A DNA stretch of 64,000 bases, taken from positions 3,162,001-3,226,000 of the forward strand of contig ML978121.1 of NCBI GenBank assembly GCA_010015805.1, given 5' to 3'. This document shows positions 60,710 to 64,000 of the stretch, one piece after another. A model generated the notes under the pieces. It made no database searches, was not told the DNA's origin, and saw nothing but the letters and a program-made list of their open reading frames with translations. The stretch is from Rhizodiscina lignyota (lineage: Eukaryota). The translations under genes were made by a program, and so were the position numbers. Positions within the stretch are counted from its first letter, which is position 1. Each line of letters opens with the position of its first letter.

Positions 60710-63032
60710 ATGGGTGTAAGTCTCGCTCAAGCGGCCTCTGAGTCTCAATTGCTCGCCATCAGCCGCATACCCCGCCAACGTCATAGTGCCCCTCACTGAC
60801 AGGATTTTGCAACAGCTTGCTAGCAAACTTGCTGCCTCTCAAGGAGGCGCCCCGTCGGCTCCATACGGAGGAGCCGCGCCTCAACAATACCCGCCTGGGC
60901 CTCCTCAGGGACAGAAGCCAGGCGCCGGTGGCTATGTGAGTGAATGTGCCTTGGATCGCTGCCTAGACACAGCTAACTTTCGTTCTCTAGCCCGGGCAGC
61001 CAGCGTACCAAGCCTACCCTGCGCAGGTAAGCACATCCCGCTTTCCCTTGAGCTACTAGTTTCCTGCCGCTTCGTCATCACCCCCAACCCCCGCCACACG
61101 CTTGAGCAAACATCCACGACGTTGTCTCCCTTCCACAAATCCGCTACATACAAACTACTCGTGCTTTTGGATCTCTGGCATACCGTTCACGATGTACGGC
61201 CGGACAAATCAGAACCCTCCCTATCCCGCAACCTCCTCACCGCATCCGCAGGCGCTCCAGCCTGGGCATTCGCAACAGCAATCGCAATATCCAGGACAAC
61301 CCTCTCCGCAGCCCTACGGCCAAGGCTATAACCAACCCTCATCTTCCCCTCAGCCCTACGGCCAGAACTACAATCGACCCGCTCCACCTCCTCCAGGATC
61401 TGCTTATCCAAATCAGCAATATGCACCACAGCAGCAGCAGCAATTTGGCTACCAAGCACCACAAAGCCAATACTCTCCTCAACCCCAAGGCTACGGTGGG
61501 CAGCCATCGTATCAGTCTCCGCCTCCACAATTCGGCTATGTTGGTGGCACACTGAGCACTTTTCACACAAAGGTGTTTTGAATATACGCTAACGTAGTTT
61601 GTGCAACAGGGACAAGGTGGCCCTCCGCAGGGTGCTCAAGGATACGCCCCACAGGGCGCTCCAGGCCAATACCCTCCCCAAGGGCAACCAACCGCCGGCG
61701 GCTATGGCAGTGCTCCCTCTGGTGGACCATCTCAACCACCTAGCGCGTACAAGAACCTTCTGCTTCAATTCATTCAGAGGGAAGGTCTAGGACACATTTA
61801 CCCACCAAATCATCCGCTCTTGGATCAGATCGCCAGTACTGCGGGCCCGAAGATTGACCAAATCTGCCAGAAGTGGCGCATGCCCAAGGAGGTTGGAAAT
61901 GATGTCTTGCAACTTGGATTGTACGACATCATTCTCTACATCGGTATGTCAGACCAACTCATTGTATTCTTGCTCTTTGTCGAGGGATGTGTCGGTGTGA
62001 CGGAACATATAACTTACAATGAGCAGATGACAGTGGCTCCATGCAGTTCGAGGAAGGCGGTGAGCGTATCCAGGACTTGCGCGTCACACTCGAACGTGTT
62101 GCCTACGCCGCGACTCTCTTCGATGAGGACGGCATCTCCGTTCGGTTCATGAACTCTCAGCCACCACAACAGCTCATTGACAACATCCGCAGCGAGCAAC
62201 AGATCGCGCAGTTGATGCAGAGCGTCCAGTTCAGAGGCTTGACACCTATGGGTACTGAACTTCGCCGTAAAATCGTCGATCCACTCGTGCTTTCCAAGGC
62301 AAGAGCCGGCCAATTGAGGAAGCCCGTCCTCGTAATCATGATCACGGACGGTCAGCCTGGTGGAGAGCCAAAGGACGCCGTCAATGAAACTGTCAAGTAT
62401 GCCAGCCGTGAAATGAGCCGCACCCAGTTTGGTCCGAAGGGTATCGCCTTCCAGTTCGCACAAGTTGGCAAGGACAAGGCCGCACAGGCATTCCTTAACA
62501 AGCTCGACGAAGATCCGGAGGTTGGAAACTTGATCGACTGTGTCTCGGGTCTGTCTCCCCTTGAAATTTTACATCCAGAAGCATTTAGATTTGGGCACAA
62601 TGTTCTGACTTTCTCATAGACTACGAGACCGAGCAAGAAGAGGCCTCACGATCGGCACAGCCTATCGATCTCACGCCCGAACTGTACCTCATGAAACTTC
62701 TCCTCGGCGCCGTTGATTCGACTTATGACTCAAAGGATGAGCGCAGAGCTCGTCATGCAGGTGCAGGTGGTGGCGGTGGCTACAGTGCACCCGGCGGATT
62801 TGGAGCTCCACCAGGGTACGGCGCCGCGCCCCAGACCGGACAACCAGGCTACGGAGCTCCTCCTCAGAGTCAGGGATATGGCCAACCAGGCTACGGAGCT
62901 CCTCCTCAGAGTCAAGGATATGGCCAACAAGGCTACCCGCCGCAAGGTGGCGCAGGGCGTGGTTTTCCGCCGCAACAAGGCTCCTACGCTCCTCAAGGCC
63001 AAGGCTATCCCGGTTCCGGCCGTGGCTACTGA
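60710..63032 (+). CDS. vWA-domain protein with G/P/Q/Y-rich low-complexity termini (RfeF-like)
   Basis: MG|LASKLAAS, DIILYI|DDSGSM (MIDAS DxSxS), GLTPMG, VIMITDGQP, FAQVGKD. Multiple introns. Confidence 0.87.
62841..62936 (+). repeat. 42-bp coding tandem repeat (QPGYGAPPQSQGYG x2 plus partial copy)
   Basis: Units 62841-82 and 62883-924 differ at one synonymous base. Confidence 0.9.
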
Positions 63033-63399
63033 GAACGTCTGTGCGGCGAGAGCAACAAATGCGGGGATTCGAGGAGATTGAATTTCACACTGGAAATGGC
63101 TTGGAAAGACAAAGTCTCACTGGGTCCTCGACATGGCTGCTACATGACAGAAAGTAGCTGGAGTAGGGTTAGTAGTGAGCTAGGGACACTCTTCTATCTG
63201 GGGCAATGATTTGCAAGACAATTCTTGCGAATCCGGAGTTTTGACTCAAAAAAGAACATGATTTTATGGCAACCTCGATAATTAAACACTTCGGGTAGTT
63301 CAATCAAAATGGTATCACTTAATGCTCTACATTCGCTGTTAATGTGATGACACTCGCTATCACGTCTTGCAACTATTTTTCCTCACCTACGAGTCAGCA

Positions 63400-64000
63400 T
63401 TAAGTCTCTTTATACGCATCCGCGGTTCTCGCTCTTGCTTCCTCTAGCAGATCGTCCAATTCTTCCTTCGGAATTCGAGGCACAAGCCTCACTTTAAAGT
63501 CCCGTGGAATGGCCACCAGTGCCGTCTTGAACTTGTTGTATTCCACATAGTCCGTGTTCGGCGGCTCCGTTTCGCTCGCCTCAATCCGGTACACCGTCAG
63601 TAGACGCACCAACGCCGTGTAGAGCAGGCGATGCGCGATGTAGATGCCCGAGCAGGCGCGCGAGCCAGCGCCAAAGGAGAAGTGCTGGATGCCAGTGGAC
63701 GGCGTTTCCGTGGGCGGGTCGAGAGAGTCGAACCAGCGCTCGGGGTTGAATGTGGATGCGGACGGGCCGAAGTGTGATACATCTTGTAAATGTCAGTGCC
63801 CTGAATTAGGCAGAGTTTGGAGGGGTTGGAGCCATACCATGGTTCGCAGCCTGAGCATTTATCAACACCATCGTCTTCGCCGGAATGATGGCGCCGTCCC
63901 ATTCGACATCCGTGACCGTCTTCCTCGGCAGGCTCATCGCCGATACAGTGTAGAACCTTGCGGCCTCCTTTACGATCGCATTCACATACGGGATCTTCTC
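63400..64000 (-). CDS. Cytochrome P450, 3' part (CYP504 phenylacetate-hydroxylase-like)
   Basis: KEAAR (ExxR), SLPRK, NAQAANH|D, FNPERW, heme motif FSFGAGSRACSG, ALVAIPRDFKVRL. Intron 63837-63783. Runs off the window edge. Confidence 0.9.

Noticed and set aside
58698..64000. Secondary-metabolite cluster (flavoprotein plus P450)
   Set aside because: No backbone enzyme, transporter or regulator in the window, and the two genes are separated by an unrelated conserved gene.

Overview
Gene-dense nuclear DNA of a filamentous ascomycete (Pezizomycotina), judged from short GT-AG introns with CTRAY branch points. About 20 protein-coding genes could be reconstructed by hand-splicing. They include conserved housekeeping genes (Tea4/Bud14-like SH3 polarity scaffold, Opy1-like dual-PH protein, RIA1/EFL1, TigA-type PDI, EBP2, Mpv17/PXMP2, RAD5, Shg1/BOD1-like, vWA protein, 3' end of a CYP504-like P450). 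Accessory-type genes are interleaved: two F-box proteins, an SDR, two small secreted Cys proteins, a membrane-anchored aspartic pseudoprotease, a pseudo-SprT-BTB fusion, a secreted flavoprotein and a ~3200-aa giant P-loop protein. Highlights: (i) the giant protein carries a full, ordered SecA/SF2-like ATPase motif set; (ii) a 786-nt stop-free in-frame intron (exitron) in the Tea4-like gene; (iii) a 367-bp PIF/Harbinger-type MITE with TIRs and a TGA target duplication in a divergent promoter; (iv) a Kex2-processed beta/gamma-crystallin-like secreted protein; (v) an apparent alternative first exon in the vWA gene; (vi) a RIP-type ankyrin pseudogene. No rRNA, tRNA or CRISPR was recognised. All family assignments come from motif recognition by eye, not from database searches.
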